Counted from the stretch's first letter, positions 18,851-28,944 are shown. The stretch is 64,000 nucleotides of DNA from Opitutales bacterium (GCA_965197745.1 CBDANS010000007.1:1760001-1824000); one strand, 5' to 3'. The notes: generated by a model from the sequence alone, not told the origin. Numbers and translations are program-made.

Positions 18851-19828
18851 ATGCCGAAAATTTCAGTCTATCGAGCCTTGTTCTGGCTTCTGTCATTTAC
18901 CTTGTGTGTGGTAATTGTGCTTTTTGCAGATGAAAACACAGATCGGGAATTCTTAAAGAATTCCCGGGATGAGCTGAAACGTCTTAAGGAAATTTCGCAA
19001 AAGCCCGATAATGTATCGGAAGTAGGAGATAGTCCCTTTGCACGTCCGTTTAAACAAGCTCCGGTCCTTCCTATGCCAGGCATCCGCACTCTTTCAGCCA
19101 TACAAGAAAAAATGAATAATGAATCTCAATCAAGTGATAAAGAGAATAACTGGCTGCTATCAGGAATTAATAAACTTTCCGGCGTAGAGACACCCACCGA
19201 TGAAGAAAAGAAGGACCTCCTGGAAATGAAAGGAGAATTGAGTCTGCTGGATCGTTTTGTGTTGGAGCAGGAGCTGACCAAAAATAATGATCGAATCGCA
19301 CTGGTTCATGAATTGGATGATGAATCCAATGGTGATATTTTCGAGCAGAGCAATATTATGTTTGGCAATAGACCCGGAGGTGGCTTTTTTGATCTGGGGA
19401 ATATAGAGTCTCAAAGCGATCACACCTTTTTGGGTGAGCCGTCAGACCTCGCTATTAATCCTTATCTGGATAATCTTGAACGTTATTTTTTGACGATCGA
19501 TCTTCGAGGCAATGCTCCTTTATCCTTGAACATGCAAACAGATCATAACCCACAGGATTGGCAATTACCAAGCACTAGTGCGACAAGTGGATTACGCGAA
19601 GGATCAAAATCCCTCAAGTTTAACAATTCCTATTTGCGCGAGAGATCGTTTGCCATTGAATTATCTGGTCCGATGCCTGGTAGAAATGAAAATTTAACGA
19701 GTAAAAATAAATATTCCAGGCCTGATCGTTTATCTGAATCACTCGATCCTCATCACTCACCTGTCAATACGAGAACAGTCAATGAGCGCACTTATAAGCC
19801 ACCCGAGGATAATTTAAAGAAATGGTAA
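18851..19828 (+). CDS. Hypothetical exported or membrane-anchored protein; native C-terminus displaced by IS element 2
   Basis: N-terminal hydrophobic segment. Removing the IS and one direct-repeat copy gives ...DNLKKYMPQLDSF* (stop 21168-21170) instead of ...DNLKKW*. Confidence 0.75.
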   Translation: MPKISVYRALFWLLSFTLCVVIVLFADENTDREFLKNSRDELKRLKEISQKPDNVSEVGDSPFARPFKQAPVLPMPGIRTLSAIQEKMNNESQSSDKENNWLLSGINKLSGVETPTDEEKKDLLEMKGELSLLDRFVLEQELTKNNDRIALVHELDDESNGDIFEQSNIMFGNRPGGGFFDLGNIESQSDHTFLGEPSDLAINPYLDNLERYFLTIDLRGNAPLSLNMQTDHNPQDWQLPSTSATSGLREGSKSLKFNNSYLRERSFAIELSGPMPGRNENLTSKNKYSRPDRLSESLDPHHSPVNTRTVNERTYKPPEDNLKKW

Positions 19829-19847
19829 TTAATAGATTAGGGCTTGA
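19824..19847 (+). repeat. Left terminal inverted repeat of IS element 2
   Basis: GGTAATTAATAGATTAGGGCTTGA; overlaps a TTGACA hexamer at 19844-19849. Confidence 0.95.
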
Positions 19848-19893
19848 CAAAATGGATAAGATTCACAAGCTTAGGATAAAAGGAGAAAATAAA

Positions 19894-20763
19894 ATGAACC
19901 TAATATCCGTATTAAAAAAATATCCTACTCAACAAGCTTGCATCGACCATTTAGAGGTTGTCAGGTGGAAAGGAAAACCGTGTTGTCCGCACTGTGAAAG
20001 CGATCATGTAGCGCGTAAGAAGGAAAAAAAGAGAGTTGGCCGATGGAACTGCCACGATTGCCAGAACAGCTTTAACGTGCTTTCAGGGACAGTATTTCAG
20101 GGAACTCACGTCCCGCTTCAAAAATGGTTCCTTGCAATTGCGTTGATGGTAAATGCAAAGAAAAGCTTATCGAGTTGCCAGTTGGCTCGCGATCTGGAAC
20201 TAAATCAAATGTCTTGCTGGTATATGCAACAGCGTATTCGTGCGGCTATAGCAAGCAAGGAGCGTCGTTTCCTGAATGGTGTAGTTGAAATGGACGAAAC
20301 TTATATCGGTGGGAAGCCACGACGCAGTAAGGACGATGATGACCTTCCAAAGCGTGGTAGGGGAACCAAGAAAACTCCTGTTATAGGCGCGGTAGAGCGT
20401 GGTGGTAAAGTTATAGCCAAAGTTGTCGATGATCTGAGCAGATTTGGTGTACTACGTTTTATTAACAGCGCAACCGATGCTGATGAGACTATCTTAGTTA
20501 CCGATGAATTTCCCGCATACAAGATTCTCGATAATCTCTTGGCTAGGGTCACTATCAATCACAGTGAGAGCTATGTAGACGGTGATGTTCACACCAACTC
20601 AATAGAAGGGTTTTGGTCTCACTTGAAACGTGCTTGGTTTGGTCAGCACCACCATTATAAAAAGCTTTACATGCCTTTATACATCGCTGAGGCATGCTGG
20701 AAGTATAATCAACGGGAACGCAATGACGGATTCAGTGCATTCCTTAATATGGCGATGAATTGA
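19894..20763 (+). CDS. IS1595-family transposase (apparently intact)
   Basis: AGGAGA SD before ATG 19894; CPHC...CHDC zinc ribbon; EMDETYIGG / VTDEF / HTNSIEGFWSHLKR; tail YIAEACWKYN. Confidence 0.95.
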   Translation: MNLISVLKKYPTQQACIDHLEVVRWKGKPCCPHCESDHVARKKEKKRVGRWNCHDCQNSFNVLSGTVFQGTHVPLQKWFLAIALMVNAKKSLSSCQLARDLELNQMSCWYMQQRIRAAIASKERRFLNGVVEMDETYIGGKPRRSKDDDDLPKRGRGTKKTPVIGAVERGGKVIAKVVDDLSRFGVLRFINSATDADETILVTDEFPAYKILDNLLARVTINHSESYVDGDVHTNSIEGFWSHLKRAWFGQHHHYKKLYMPLYIAEACWKYNQRERNDGFSAFLNMAMN

Positions 20764-20777
20764 AAGGAATTAATACA

Positions 20778-21097
20778 ATGACAGAAGAAGAGAAAGATCG
20801 TGAGATTGGTAAAATGTATCGCGAACATGGAGAACAAAAAAATCACTTGAAATGCCTTAGATCAAAGGCAAGATCAATGAAGCAAACTATATAGATGGGG
20901 TTAGCAATCTGCTTGACGAGCGTCCCTTTAATTACGCCGTGGGAAGAGGGAAATTATTGTATTTCGTGCCAGGAACAGGTGGGGCGCGTAAGGAAATTTC
21001 TTGGGCTTCCGAAGAAGAACTTTGCCAGCTAATAGAAGAGATTGATTCGACGAAGCAGAGAATTGATGAGCTTAAAAATGAGTTGGGTCTAGATTGA
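20778..21097 (+). pseudogene. Frameshifted ~105-aa coiled-coil passenger protein
   Basis: AAAGGA SD. MTEEEKDREIG...MKQTI stops at 20892-20894, but deleting one TA from ACTATATAG joins it to DGVSNLL...IDELKNELGLD*, which ends just before the right IR. Confidence 0.6.
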
Positions 21098-21112
21098 AGC
21101 GCGTATTAAACA

Positions 21113-21136
21113 TCAAGCCCAAATCTATTAATTACC
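21113..21136 (-). repeat. Right terminal inverted repeat of IS element 2
   Basis: TCAAGCCCAAATCTATTAATTACC followed by the duplicated AAAGAAAT. Confidence 0.95.
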
Positions 21137-21155
21137 AAAGAAATATATGCCCCAA

Positions 21156-21181
21156 TTGGATTCCTTTTGAAAGGAGTCCAA
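21156..21181 (+). terminator. Hairpin over the original stop codon of the 18851 gene
   Basis: TTGGATTCCTT-TTGA-AAGGAGTCCAA, an 11-bp stem with one G-U pair; no clear U-tract. Confidence 0.4.
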
Positions 21182-21239
21182 TCTTGCAAATATTCCCGAT
21201 TGATCTTTTCGGGTATGGGCTTATTAGTTCTGAGGGATT

Positions 21240-22145
21240 ATGTCGATAGGTCTATTCTTTTCAGGGCAGGGCTCACAAAAAATTGGGATGGGAGCAAGCC
21301 TGTATGAAAACTCGGCAGTGGCAAAAGATTTGTATGAAGAAGCCGCTAATATCCTGGATTGGGATCTAGCCAAAATATCTTTTGAAGGCCCAGAGGATCT
21401 TCTTATGGAAACGAGGATCTGCCAACCCGCACTCTTTGTCTGCGGGTATGCGATTTACAAATTATTGCACGATTCCGGTAAATTAGAAGACTTAAAGGTG
21501 GTGCTAGGATTAAGTTTGGGAGAGATAACAGCACATGCCGCAGCGGGAACTTTTGATTTTGCTTCAGGGCTTAAAATAGTAGCTGAACGCGCTCGATTGA
21601 TGCAGATGGCTTGCGAATTAACAGATGGCGCCATGGCCAGTCTCATTGGAGGGAATAGTGAATCCATCGCTGAGCTATGCGCAAAATATGACGTAGAAAT
21701 TGCCAACTTTAATAGCCCCGGGCAAACCGTTATATCGGGTGAAATAAAAAAAATTGAAGCAGCGGTTGAAGCGGCGAGTGATGGCGAATTTCGCATGGTC
21801 GTGCCTCTTAAAGTTGCCGGAGCTTATCACAGCCGATTAATGAATTCAGCAGCGGAAAAATTTGAAAACTACTTGAAGAACTACACATTCAATGAACCAG
21901 CAGTTAAAGTTTTATCGAATACCACGGGTAAAGCGGTATCTGGTCCCGAGGAGGTTGCTGATTTATTGGTTAAACAGATCGTTACTCCAGTCCAGTGGGT
22001 CAACTGTATGCGGTATGCCGCCGCTGAGGGTGTTACTCAATTTTTTGAATGCGGTCCGGGAAAGGTCCTGACCGGGTTGGCGCGGCGGACGGAAAAATCC
22101 TGGAAAGTGTCAAGTCGCTATGAGTACTCTGATATAATCCTTTAA
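21240..22145 (+). CDS. fabD: Malonyl CoA-ACP transacylase
   Basis: FSGQGSQ, QPALF, GLSLGE, ANFNSPGQ and AGAYHS motifs. Confidence 0.95.
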   Translation: MSIGLFFSGQGSQKIGMGASLYENSAVAKDLYEEAANILDWDLAKISFEGPEDLLMETRICQPALFVCGYAIYKLLHDSGKLEDLKVVLGLSLGEITAHAAAGTFDFASGLKIVAERARLMQMACELTDGAMASLIGGNSESIAELCAKYDVEIANFNSPGQTVISGEIKKIEAAVEAASDGEFRMVVPLKVAGAYHSRLMNSAAEKFENYLKNYTFNEPAVKVLSNTTGKAVSGPEEVADLLVKQIVTPVQWVNCMRYAAAEGVTQFFECGPGKVLTGLARRTEKSWKVSSRYEYSDIIL

Positions 22146-22230
22146 TCTTGAATATAATTATATATGAATTCGCAGCGCAGTATTTTAAGCGATATACGCT
22201 AAATTTTGCCCCATCTATAAATTCCCCTAT

Positions 22231-24030
22231 ATGTCAAATTTAAGAGAAACTAGAAATTTTTGTATTATTGCTCACATCGACCATGGGAAAACTACGCTCT
22301 CTGATCGTCTCTTAGAAATGACGCAGTCGATTGAGCAACGTCTGATGAAAGAACAGTTGCTTGATTCCATGGACTTGGAACGCGAGCGAGGCATCACGAT
22401 CAAGAGCCATCCTGTAACGATGTCTCATCATGGGCGCGATGGTAAAAATTATTCTTTAAATCTTATCGATACCCCAGGGCATGTTGATTTTTCTTACGAA
22501 GTTTCGCGAAGCCTGGCAGCTTGTGAAGGAGCTCTACTGCTAGTTGATGCGGCGCAAGGCGTAGAGGCCCAAACAGTAGCGAATGCACAACTGGCGATTG
22601 AGCAACACCTCACTGTAATTCCAATAATTAATAAGATTGATCTGCCCAATGCAGACGTGCCTGGGGCGAAAAGCCAAATTGAAGAAATTCTGGCCATACC
22701 CGCTGAGGACACCCTTCAGGCCAGCGCGAAAAAAGGGGTAGGCATCGAGGATATCCTTCATGCTGTAGTGTCACGAATTCCTCGACCACGGTGGATGGAT
22801 TATCCCCAAACACGGGTGCTGATTTTTGACAGTATTTTCGACACCTTTAAAGGTGTCATTTGCTTTGTTCGCGTTTTTTCCGGCTCCCTCAAAAGTGGGG
22901 ATACGATACTCATGATGAACGATATGCGTAAGGCCGAAATAAAGGAAGTAGGGTGGTTTTCTCCAAATATGCAAGTTAGCGACCAACTCACTGCTGGAAG
23001 TGTTGGTTATATCGTTACCAACATTAAAGACGTTTCTGATATTAGAATAGGGGACACTGTTACGCATTCAAATGAACCGGCAGCGGAAATGCTCCCCGGT
23101 TATAAAGAAGTAAGACCAATGGTCTACAGTGGGATATATCCCCTGGATACCGGTGATTATGTTAAACTTAAGACAAGTATGGGGAAATTGCGCCTGAATG
23201 ATGCCGCTTTCATTTACCAGCAGGAAAATTCAGCGGCTTTGGGTTTTGGCTTTCGCTGCGGTTTCCTCGGGTTACTCCATATGGAAATTGTTATGGAGCG
23301 AATTAGGCGTGAGTACGATCTTGATATAATCTCTACCTATCCGAGTGTTATTTATAAAATAAAGACAAACCGTGGAGATGAAATTGAAATAGAAAATCCG
23401 CTTTCATTTCCGGATCCCACAGAAATTGCGTCCATCCTTGAACCGACAATTCTCGCTATTATCCATACTCCAAATGAATTTATTGGTGATATTTTAAATA
23501 TAGTTATGGAGAAAAGAGGTTCCTGCGATCATACCGAAACGCTCGATCAAAATAGGGTCATATTGCATTGCCTCCTTCCGTTAAATGAAATCCTTGTCGA
23601 TTTCAACGACCGCTTGAAGAGCATTACGCGCGGTTATGGGTCCATGGATTATGAGTATGGTGATTTTGTCGAAGCAGACCTGGTTAAACTGGATATTCTG
23701 GTAAACGACGAGCCGGTCGAAGCATTTTCTTCAATCTGTCATCGGGGCAAAGCTGAATACAAGGGGAGAGCGCTTTGTGAAAAGCTCAAGGAAATCATCC
23801 CACGTCAACTTTATAAAATCGCTATTCAGGCCGCGGTGGGAGGAAAAATCATCGCGCGTGAAACACTGGGAGCAATGCGTAAAGATGTTACCGCTAAATG
23901 CTATGGGGGAGATATATCACGCAAGCGAAAGCTGCTTGATAAACAGAAAGAGGGTAAAAAAAGAATGAAGCAGATTGGTGATGTCGCTATACCGCAAGAC
24001 GCCTTTATCAAAGTATTGAAATCCAGTTAA
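22231..24030 (+). CDS. lepA: Elongation factor 4
   Basis: IAHIDHGKTTL, GFRCGFLGLLH and KDVTAKCYGGDISRKRKLL motifs. Confidence 0.98.
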   Translation: MSNLRETRNFCIIAHIDHGKTTLSDRLLEMTQSIEQRLMKEQLLDSMDLERERGITIKSHPVTMSHHGRDGKNYSLNLIDTPGHVDFSYEVSRSLAACEGALLLVDAAQGVEAQTVANAQLAIEQHLTVIPIINKIDLPNADVPGAKSQIEEILAIPAEDTLQASAKKGVGIEDILHAVVSRIPRPRWMDYPQTRVLIFDSIFDTFKGVICFVRVFSGSLKSGDTILMMNDMRKAEIKEVGWFSPNMQVSDQLTAGSVGYIVTNIKDVSDIRIGDTVTHSNEPAAEMLPGYKEVRPMVYSGIYPLDTGDYVKLKTSMGKLRLNDAAFIYQQENSAALGFGFRCGFLGLLHMEIVMERIRREYDLDIISTYPSVIYKIKTNRGDEIEIENPLSFPDPTEIASILEPTILAIIHTPNEFIGDILNIVMEKRGSCDHTETLDQNRVILHCLLPLNEILVDFNDRLKSITRGYGSMDYEYGDFVEADLVKLDILVNDEPVEAFSSICHRGKAEYKGRALCEKLKEIIPRQLYKIAIQAAVGGKIIARETLGAMRKDVTAKCYGGDISRKRKLLDKQKEGKKRMKQIGDVAIPQDAFIKVLKSS

Positions 24031-24080
24031 GAAGAATATTATAACGATTAACACAAAGAGATAATATTAAAGAGAGTAAG

Positions 24081-25361
24081 GTGAAGAACGGAAAGGTAAG
24101 AAAGCTTGTTAAAGATGCAGGCTACTGGCTGCGCTTAGCGAGCAAAGTATATAATTACAGGCATGACATATTAAATGAAAAGCAGCTTAAGCTGTTACAG
24201 GCTGCTTCCCATGAATTAGAGCTATCAGCAAATCAGCAGCCTGCAGAAGAAAAAAAACTAAGGCAATCAACTGACAATCTAAAAAAAATACTTAAAAGCA
24301 CGGGTGGCAGCTTTTTTCGGCGTAGCAGTTGGGCGGAAAATGTGGAAACTTTCCTGGTTGTAGCCATTCTCGCCATAGGCGTTCGCACCTTTTTTTTTCA
24401 ACCCTTTAAAATTCCCACGAATTCAATGTATCCCACCTATAACGGGATGACTTTTAAAGTATATGGAGAAAATAAGAGTAAGCCTCATATAGCGAAGCGA
24501 ATAGGGAATTGGATCCTTTTTGGAGCAACACATTATGAGGTATCGGCTCCGGCCTCGGGTGAACTGCTCCTTCCTCTGTTCAGCCAGGATGAACTTGGAG
24601 AATTTTATGGATATTTTAAAAACGAACGCGCTAGGCGGCGAAGTTTGTTGTTCTTCCTTGGTCCACGGCGGGAATACACTTTTTTTATAGATAAAACCGA
24701 GGTGAATCTATCGGTCCCTGCAGATTTTTCTGTCTACAAAGTTCTTCGTGAAAAATTTGCCCCTGAGAGTTTGAATATGTCGGATTGGCTTACTGCTAAA
24801 GGAAGAAATGGCAGTATTATCTATGAATCGGGTATACCCCTGCTAAAAACGGGCGCCTTCTTCAAAAAAGGGGATACGGTCCTTGCCTTTGATATCCTGA
24901 CCGGTGACGCCCTCTTTGTGGATAGGTTAAGTTATAATTTTTCACGCCCCAAGATCGGAGACCCCTTCGTTTTTCGGACAAGAAATATACCTGAACTAAC
25001 ACGCATGAACGGCGGCCAGCCGGATGACAAATATTATATTAAACGGCTCGTAGGTAAAGGCGGTGATACTCTTGAAATCAAAGAATCGGTCCTCTTGAGA
25101 AATGGGGATCCAATTGAAGGAGCCGATGCTTTTGTCAAAAATGCAAACCGCACAGATGAATATGAAGGGTACACTAATATCCGTCGATTAAGCAGCCAAT
25201 CCAAGGAAAATATTCCCCAAGATCATTATTATGCCATGGGGGATAACTCGGATGAAAGTTCAGATAGCCGCTATTTCGGTTATGTTCCCAGCCGGGAGGT
25301 AGTAGGTAAGGCTATTTTCATTTATTATCCCTTTAGCAATAACTGGGGCTCCGCTGAATAA
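24081..25361 (+). CDS. lepB: Signal peptidase I
   Basis: FKIPTNSMYPT (catalytic Ser), YYIKRLVG (Lys) and GDNSDESSDSR motifs; follows lepA. Confidence 0.93.
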   Translation: MKNGKVRKLVKDAGYWLRLASKVYNYRHDILNEKQLKLLQAASHELELSANQQPAEEKKLRQSTDNLKKILKSTGGSFFRRSSWAENVETFLVVAILAIGVRTFFFQPFKIPTNSMYPTYNGMTFKVYGENKSKPHIAKRIGNWILFGATHYEVSAPASGELLLPLFSQDELGEFYGYFKNERARRRSLLFFLGPRREYTFFIDKTEVNLSVPADFSVYKVLREKFAPESLNMSDWLTAKGRNGSIIYESGIPLLKTGAFFKKGDTVLAFDILTGDALFVDRLSYNFSRPKIGDPFVFRTRNIPELTRMNGGQPDDKYYIKRLVGKGGDTLEIKESVLLRNGDPIEGADAFVKNANRTDEYEGYTNIRRLSSQSKENIPQDHYYAMGDNSDESSDSRYFGYVPSREVVGKAIFIYYPFSNNWGSAE

Positions 25362-25488
25362 ATACTCTAAATTGCACGTATCCCAGTATTTCCCTCACCC
25401 TTTGCTATTCGCACAATATACATTATGTCTAATTATCTAAAATCAGGGTATACTCCTATAACAAACTGTTAAGCTTAATTATAAGGCC

Positions 25489-27012
25489 ATGCCTACCCCA
25501 TTATTCTCATGGTTAAAAGAAAGAGGTGCGGGAGTATTGCTCCACCCGACTTCATTACCTGGGAGCACTGGAATAGGTACTTTTGGGAATGAAGCGATTG
25601 ATTTTATTGAGTTTTTGCGCAACAGCGGAATCACCTATTGGCAAATATGTCCTTTGGGGCCAACCGGGTATGGCGACTCACCCTATCAGAGTTTTTCCGC
25701 GTTTGCGGGAAACCCCTACCTTATTGATTTGGATTCATTAATACCCCTGGGGTTGTTAAAAGCTGGTGATTTGAAAGACTTGCGAAGCTTATCACTCGAT
25801 TCGGTGGATTTTGGGCGACAATATTTTTTGCGATGGCCCGTATTGCGATTAGCCTTCAAACAGTTTTTGAGGAAAAAAAATGAAATATCAGAATATGGCA
25901 GTTATAAACAGTTTAAGAAGGATAATACCTCTTGGTTATATCCCTTTGCCTGTTTTATGGCTCTGAAGGGATATTTTAAAGGTAAATCATGGCAGGATTG
26001 GGATTCAGCTTACCGCTCATATGAACGCGCAAAAAACAGTTCCCTTCTCAAAAATCTTTCGGAAAATATCGAGGCCCACCAGTTTTTCCAGTACCTGTTT
26101 TTTGGACAATGGCGATGTCTGAAGAAGTTTGCTAATCAAAACGGGGTTTCGGTTATCGGGGATCTGCCGCTCTATGTATCTCTGGATAGCGCAGATGTAT
26201 GGACTCACCCTGAATTATTCCAACTTGATAAGAACGATAAACCAGCAGCTGTAGCTGGTGTCCCAGGAGATTATTTTTCACCCACGGGACAGCTTTGGGG
26301 GAATCCTCTCTATAATTGGAAAGAATTAAAATCCAATGACTATTCGTGGTGGATGCATCGGATAGATCACAATTTTAAATTATTTGACGTGCTCCGGCTC
26401 GATCATTTCCGAGGCCTGGAATCTTATTGGCGGGTGCCAATAGGATCGGTTGATGCCCGCAATGGCAAGTGGGTTCGGGGGCCTGGACTCGATATATTCA
26501 AAAGGATTAAATCAAAGCTTCCCGAGGCTCGGTTTATCGCCGAGGATCTGGGGATTATCACCCCGCGGGTTAAAGACCTCCTGACCAAAACCGGTCTCCC
26601 GGGAATGAGTATATTGCAATTTGCTTTCGAAAGCGATGAGAAGGATAACTTATATTTGCCACACAACCTGCAGACAAATAGTGTATTTTATCCAGGAACC
26701 CATGACAATAATACAGCCTGGGGTTGGTATCGCTCATCATCGCGGGATATAAAGCATCATCTTCGGCAATATCTTCGTGTCCCGGGTGATGACATAGCAT
26801 GGGACTTTATTCGTGCGGCTTATTCGACAGTTAGTCGGCTTGCTGTTATCCCAATGCAGGATTTGCTGAATTTGGGTATGGAGGCACGTATGAATTATCC
26901 CGGGAAAGCTTTGGGAAACTGGCAATGGCGGTACAAACGTGAACACTTTGACAATTTGTGTCAGACAGGCACAGAATATTTAAAAGAACTTGGTACTATT
27001 TATGGAAGGTAA
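25489..27012 (+). CDS. malQ: 4-alpha-glucanotransferase (GH77)
   Basis: GVLLHPTSLP, DSPYQSFSAFAGNP, GQLWGNP, RLDHFRG, IAEDLG and GTHDN motifs. Confidence 0.96.
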   Translation: MPTPLFSWLKERGAGVLLHPTSLPGSTGIGTFGNEAIDFIEFLRNSGITYWQICPLGPTGYGDSPYQSFSAFAGNPYLIDLDSLIPLGLLKAGDLKDLRSLSLDSVDFGRQYFLRWPVLRLAFKQFLRKKNEISEYGSYKQFKKDNTSWLYPFACFMALKGYFKGKSWQDWDSAYRSYERAKNSSLLKNLSENIEAHQFFQYLFFGQWRCLKKFANQNGVSVIGDLPLYVSLDSADVWTHPELFQLDKNDKPAAVAGVPGDYFSPTGQLWGNPLYNWKELKSNDYSWWMHRIDHNFKLFDVLRLDHFRGLESYWRVPIGSVDARNGKWVRGPGLDIFKRIKSKLPEARFIAEDLGIITPRVKDLLTKTGLPGMSILQFAFESDEKDNLYLPHNLQTNSVFYPGTHDNNTAWGWYRSSSRDIKHHLRQYLRVPGDDIAWDFIRAAYSTVSRLAVIPMQDLLNLGMEARMNYPGKALGNWQWRYKREHFDNLCQTGTEYLKELGTIYGR

Positions 27013-27013
27013 A

Positions 27014-27898
27014 CTACCCTTCCATGCGCTGAAGGAATTTTCGTATTAAGGGCAGAATATCATCGGTGCTATCTTCGAGTACATAATGACCTGCTTCTGA
27101 GAAGCGATGTACCTCGGCCCGAGGGAAGTAGTATAACCACATCTTCAAAAAGTGATGATTAAAGCAGAAATCACGTTCTCCCCAAAATATGGAAATGGGA
27201 TGATCTTTAAATTTAACTAGACCATCTTGAATTTTTTGCATTTGGGCATAGCTGAAATGATGAGGATGCATAGGTATATCTTGAACAAAACGCAATTGAG
27301 CGATCCGATTATGCCAATTATTATAGGGAAAAAGGTATCCCTCTTTAATATTTCCGGTGAGTCCGCCTTTTCTTCCCGAAGCCATAGTTAAAGCACAACG
27401 AGAAAAAAAATTTAAAAGTCGTATAACCACGGGCCCCAAAAAAGGGGCACGGCATATATTAATACGGAAAGGGATCCGGTGAGATAAAAAAGCGGCAGAA
27501 TTAAGGACTATAATTTTTCCTACTCTTTCCGGCATCAATTCTGCTAATCCCATTCCAATGGCAGCGCCCCAGTCATGTATAACGAGATGAAATTGTTTAA
27601 GGTTTAGATCTTCAACAAGCTTGCGCATATTATGAATATGAGTAGTAAGCCTATAAGGATAATCCTGAGGTTTGCTCGATAAACCGCAACCCATGTGATC
27701 GGGTGCGATGCAGCGATACCCATTGCGAAGGTCGAGGACTAGATTGCGATAATAAAATGACCACGTAGGATTTCCATGCATCATGAGCACGACCTCCCCC
27801 TCCCCTTCATCTAAATAATGTAATTTATTATTATCTATATCCAGATAGTTTTTTTTAAATGGATATATTGAGTGTAGCGATTCGGGGATAGTGTGCAT
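27014..27898 (-). CDS. oleB: OleB-like alpha/beta hydrolase (haloalkane dehalogenase-like; beta-lactone decarboxylase family)
   Basis: HGNPTWSFYYR, nucleophile elbow HDWG, FVQDIP and AGHYVLED motifs; lies 7 bp downstream of oleA. Confidence 0.8.
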   Translation of the reverse strand: MHTIPESLHSIYPFKKNYLDIDNNKLHYLDEGEGEVVLMMHGNPTWSFYYRNLVLDLRNGYRCIAPDHMGCGLSSKPQDYPYRLTTHIHNMRKLVEDLNLKQFHLVIHDWGAAIGMGLAELMPERVGKIIVLNSAAFLSHRIPFRINICRAPFLGPVVIRLLNFFSRCALTMASGRKGGLTGNIKEGYLFPYNNWHNRIAQLRFVQDIPMHPHHFSYAQMQKIQDGLVKFKDHPISIFWGERDFCFNHHFLKMWLYYFPRAEVHRFSEAGHYVLEDSTDDILPLIRKFLQRMEG

Positions 27899-27905
27899 AT
27901 ACAGG

Positions 27906-28940
27906 TCACATTGATAATGCCATCATCATGCAGCTGAGACCGCTACCGATTCCCAGTAAGGCTGTATTGGATCCAGGTTTCATTAATCCTTTTTCTCTAG
28001 CCATAGCAAGGGTCAAAGGTAGAGAGACGGAACCAACATTGCCCAAAATATCGAAAGTTGAATAATCTTTCTTTAAGTCTAGATTTAACGCTTCATAGAG
28101 CTGCCGTTGATGTGCCCTTCCTACCTGGTGACAAATAGTATTATCAGGTGTCGATTCATCCCACCCTGTTGCCGTTTTAAATTTATCCCATGCGCTTTCG
28201 GCAACACGGATACCGGCAATAAGGAGATTCTCGGAATCTGTTTGCATTTCCAGGGCATCATCGTCGGCCGTATCACCTTCGCATAATTCATTGTGTTGCG
28301 TATCGGTTTCGACTATGGCATTCAATATCCTGGGTGTATCTTCAGAAGCGAGCGAGGCATGGCAAAGTATAAAAGCGACAGCTCCGGCGCCGATTGTTAA
28401 ATTCGCAAAATATGGCTTAATTGAATTTCGATTCAGTTGGGGGTCGAGCAGCCGTTTTATCGTTCGTTCCACAAGGGGCCGTCCATTTTCACCCGCGACA
28501 ATCATAGCTCTGCCGATCTGCGCATTTTGAATCATACTGCTTGCCAGAGTGATGGCATTGAGAAATCCCAGGCAGGCATTGGAAACATCAAATATTTGCG
28601 TGCCCATTCCCAGTCCAAGCTCACGATGAACATATGAAGCGCTGGCGGGTTCCAAGCGGTCTCGGCAAACGGCAGCATGAATGAGCATATCAATTTCTTC
28701 TTTTTTGAATCGCGTTTTGGAAAGAACTTTCTTTCCCGCCAAGGCACTGGCTTGTGAAGGTAATATTGGAAAGTCCCAGAATCGCCTCTCCTTGATACCG
28801 GTCATCATTTCGAGTCGACCAAAGGGAAGCCGTAACCGTTCATAAAGAGGGGCAAGTTTTTTCTCGATATCTTCAGAACTCCAGCATTCAGGAGGGAGAG
28901 CGTAAGCCATCGATTCAAGGCAGACGTCTTCGAACCGCAT
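27906..28940 (-). CDS. oleA: OleA-like thiolase-fold acyl-CoA condensing enzyme (KAS III family)
   Basis: RDRLEPASA (catalytic Glu), DVSNACLG (Cys), HQVG (His), GNVGSVSLP (Asn) and LGIGSGL motifs. Confidence 0.85.
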   Translation of the reverse strand: MRFEDVCLESMAYALPPECWSSEDIEKKLAPLYERLRLPFGRLEMMTGIKERRFWDFPILPSQASALAGKKVLSKTRFKKEEIDMLIHAAVCRDRLEPASASYVHRELGLGMGTQIFDVSNACLGFLNAITLASSMIQNAQIGRAMIVAGENGRPLVERTIKRLLDPQLNRNSIKPYFANLTIGAGAVAFILCHASLASEDTPRILNAIVETDTQHNELCEGDTADDDALEMQTDSENLLIAGIRVAESAWDKFKTATGWDESTPDNTICHQVGRAHQRQLYEALNLDLKKDYSTFDILGNVGSVSLPLTLAMAREKGLMKPGSNTALLGIGSGLSCMMMALSM

Positions 28941-28944
28941 TTTC

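Larger units (their letters stand above)
19824..21136 (+). mobile_element. IS1595-family element (1313 bp) with a small passenger ORF
   Basis: 24-bp IRs GGTAATTAATAGATT(A/T)GGGCTTGA with 1 mismatch; 8-bp direct repeat AAAGAAAT at 19816-19823 and 21137-21144. Confidence 0.96.

Noticed and set aside
19822..19893. N-terminal extension of the transposase given in the ORF track
   Set aside because: It starts in the target duplication outside the IR; ATG 19894 has a strong SD and matches the family N-terminus.
12163..21136. Composite transposon formed by the two IS1595 elements carrying ruvA-dapBA-pilT
   Set aside because: Each element has its own distinct IRs and its own target duplication, so these are independent insertions.
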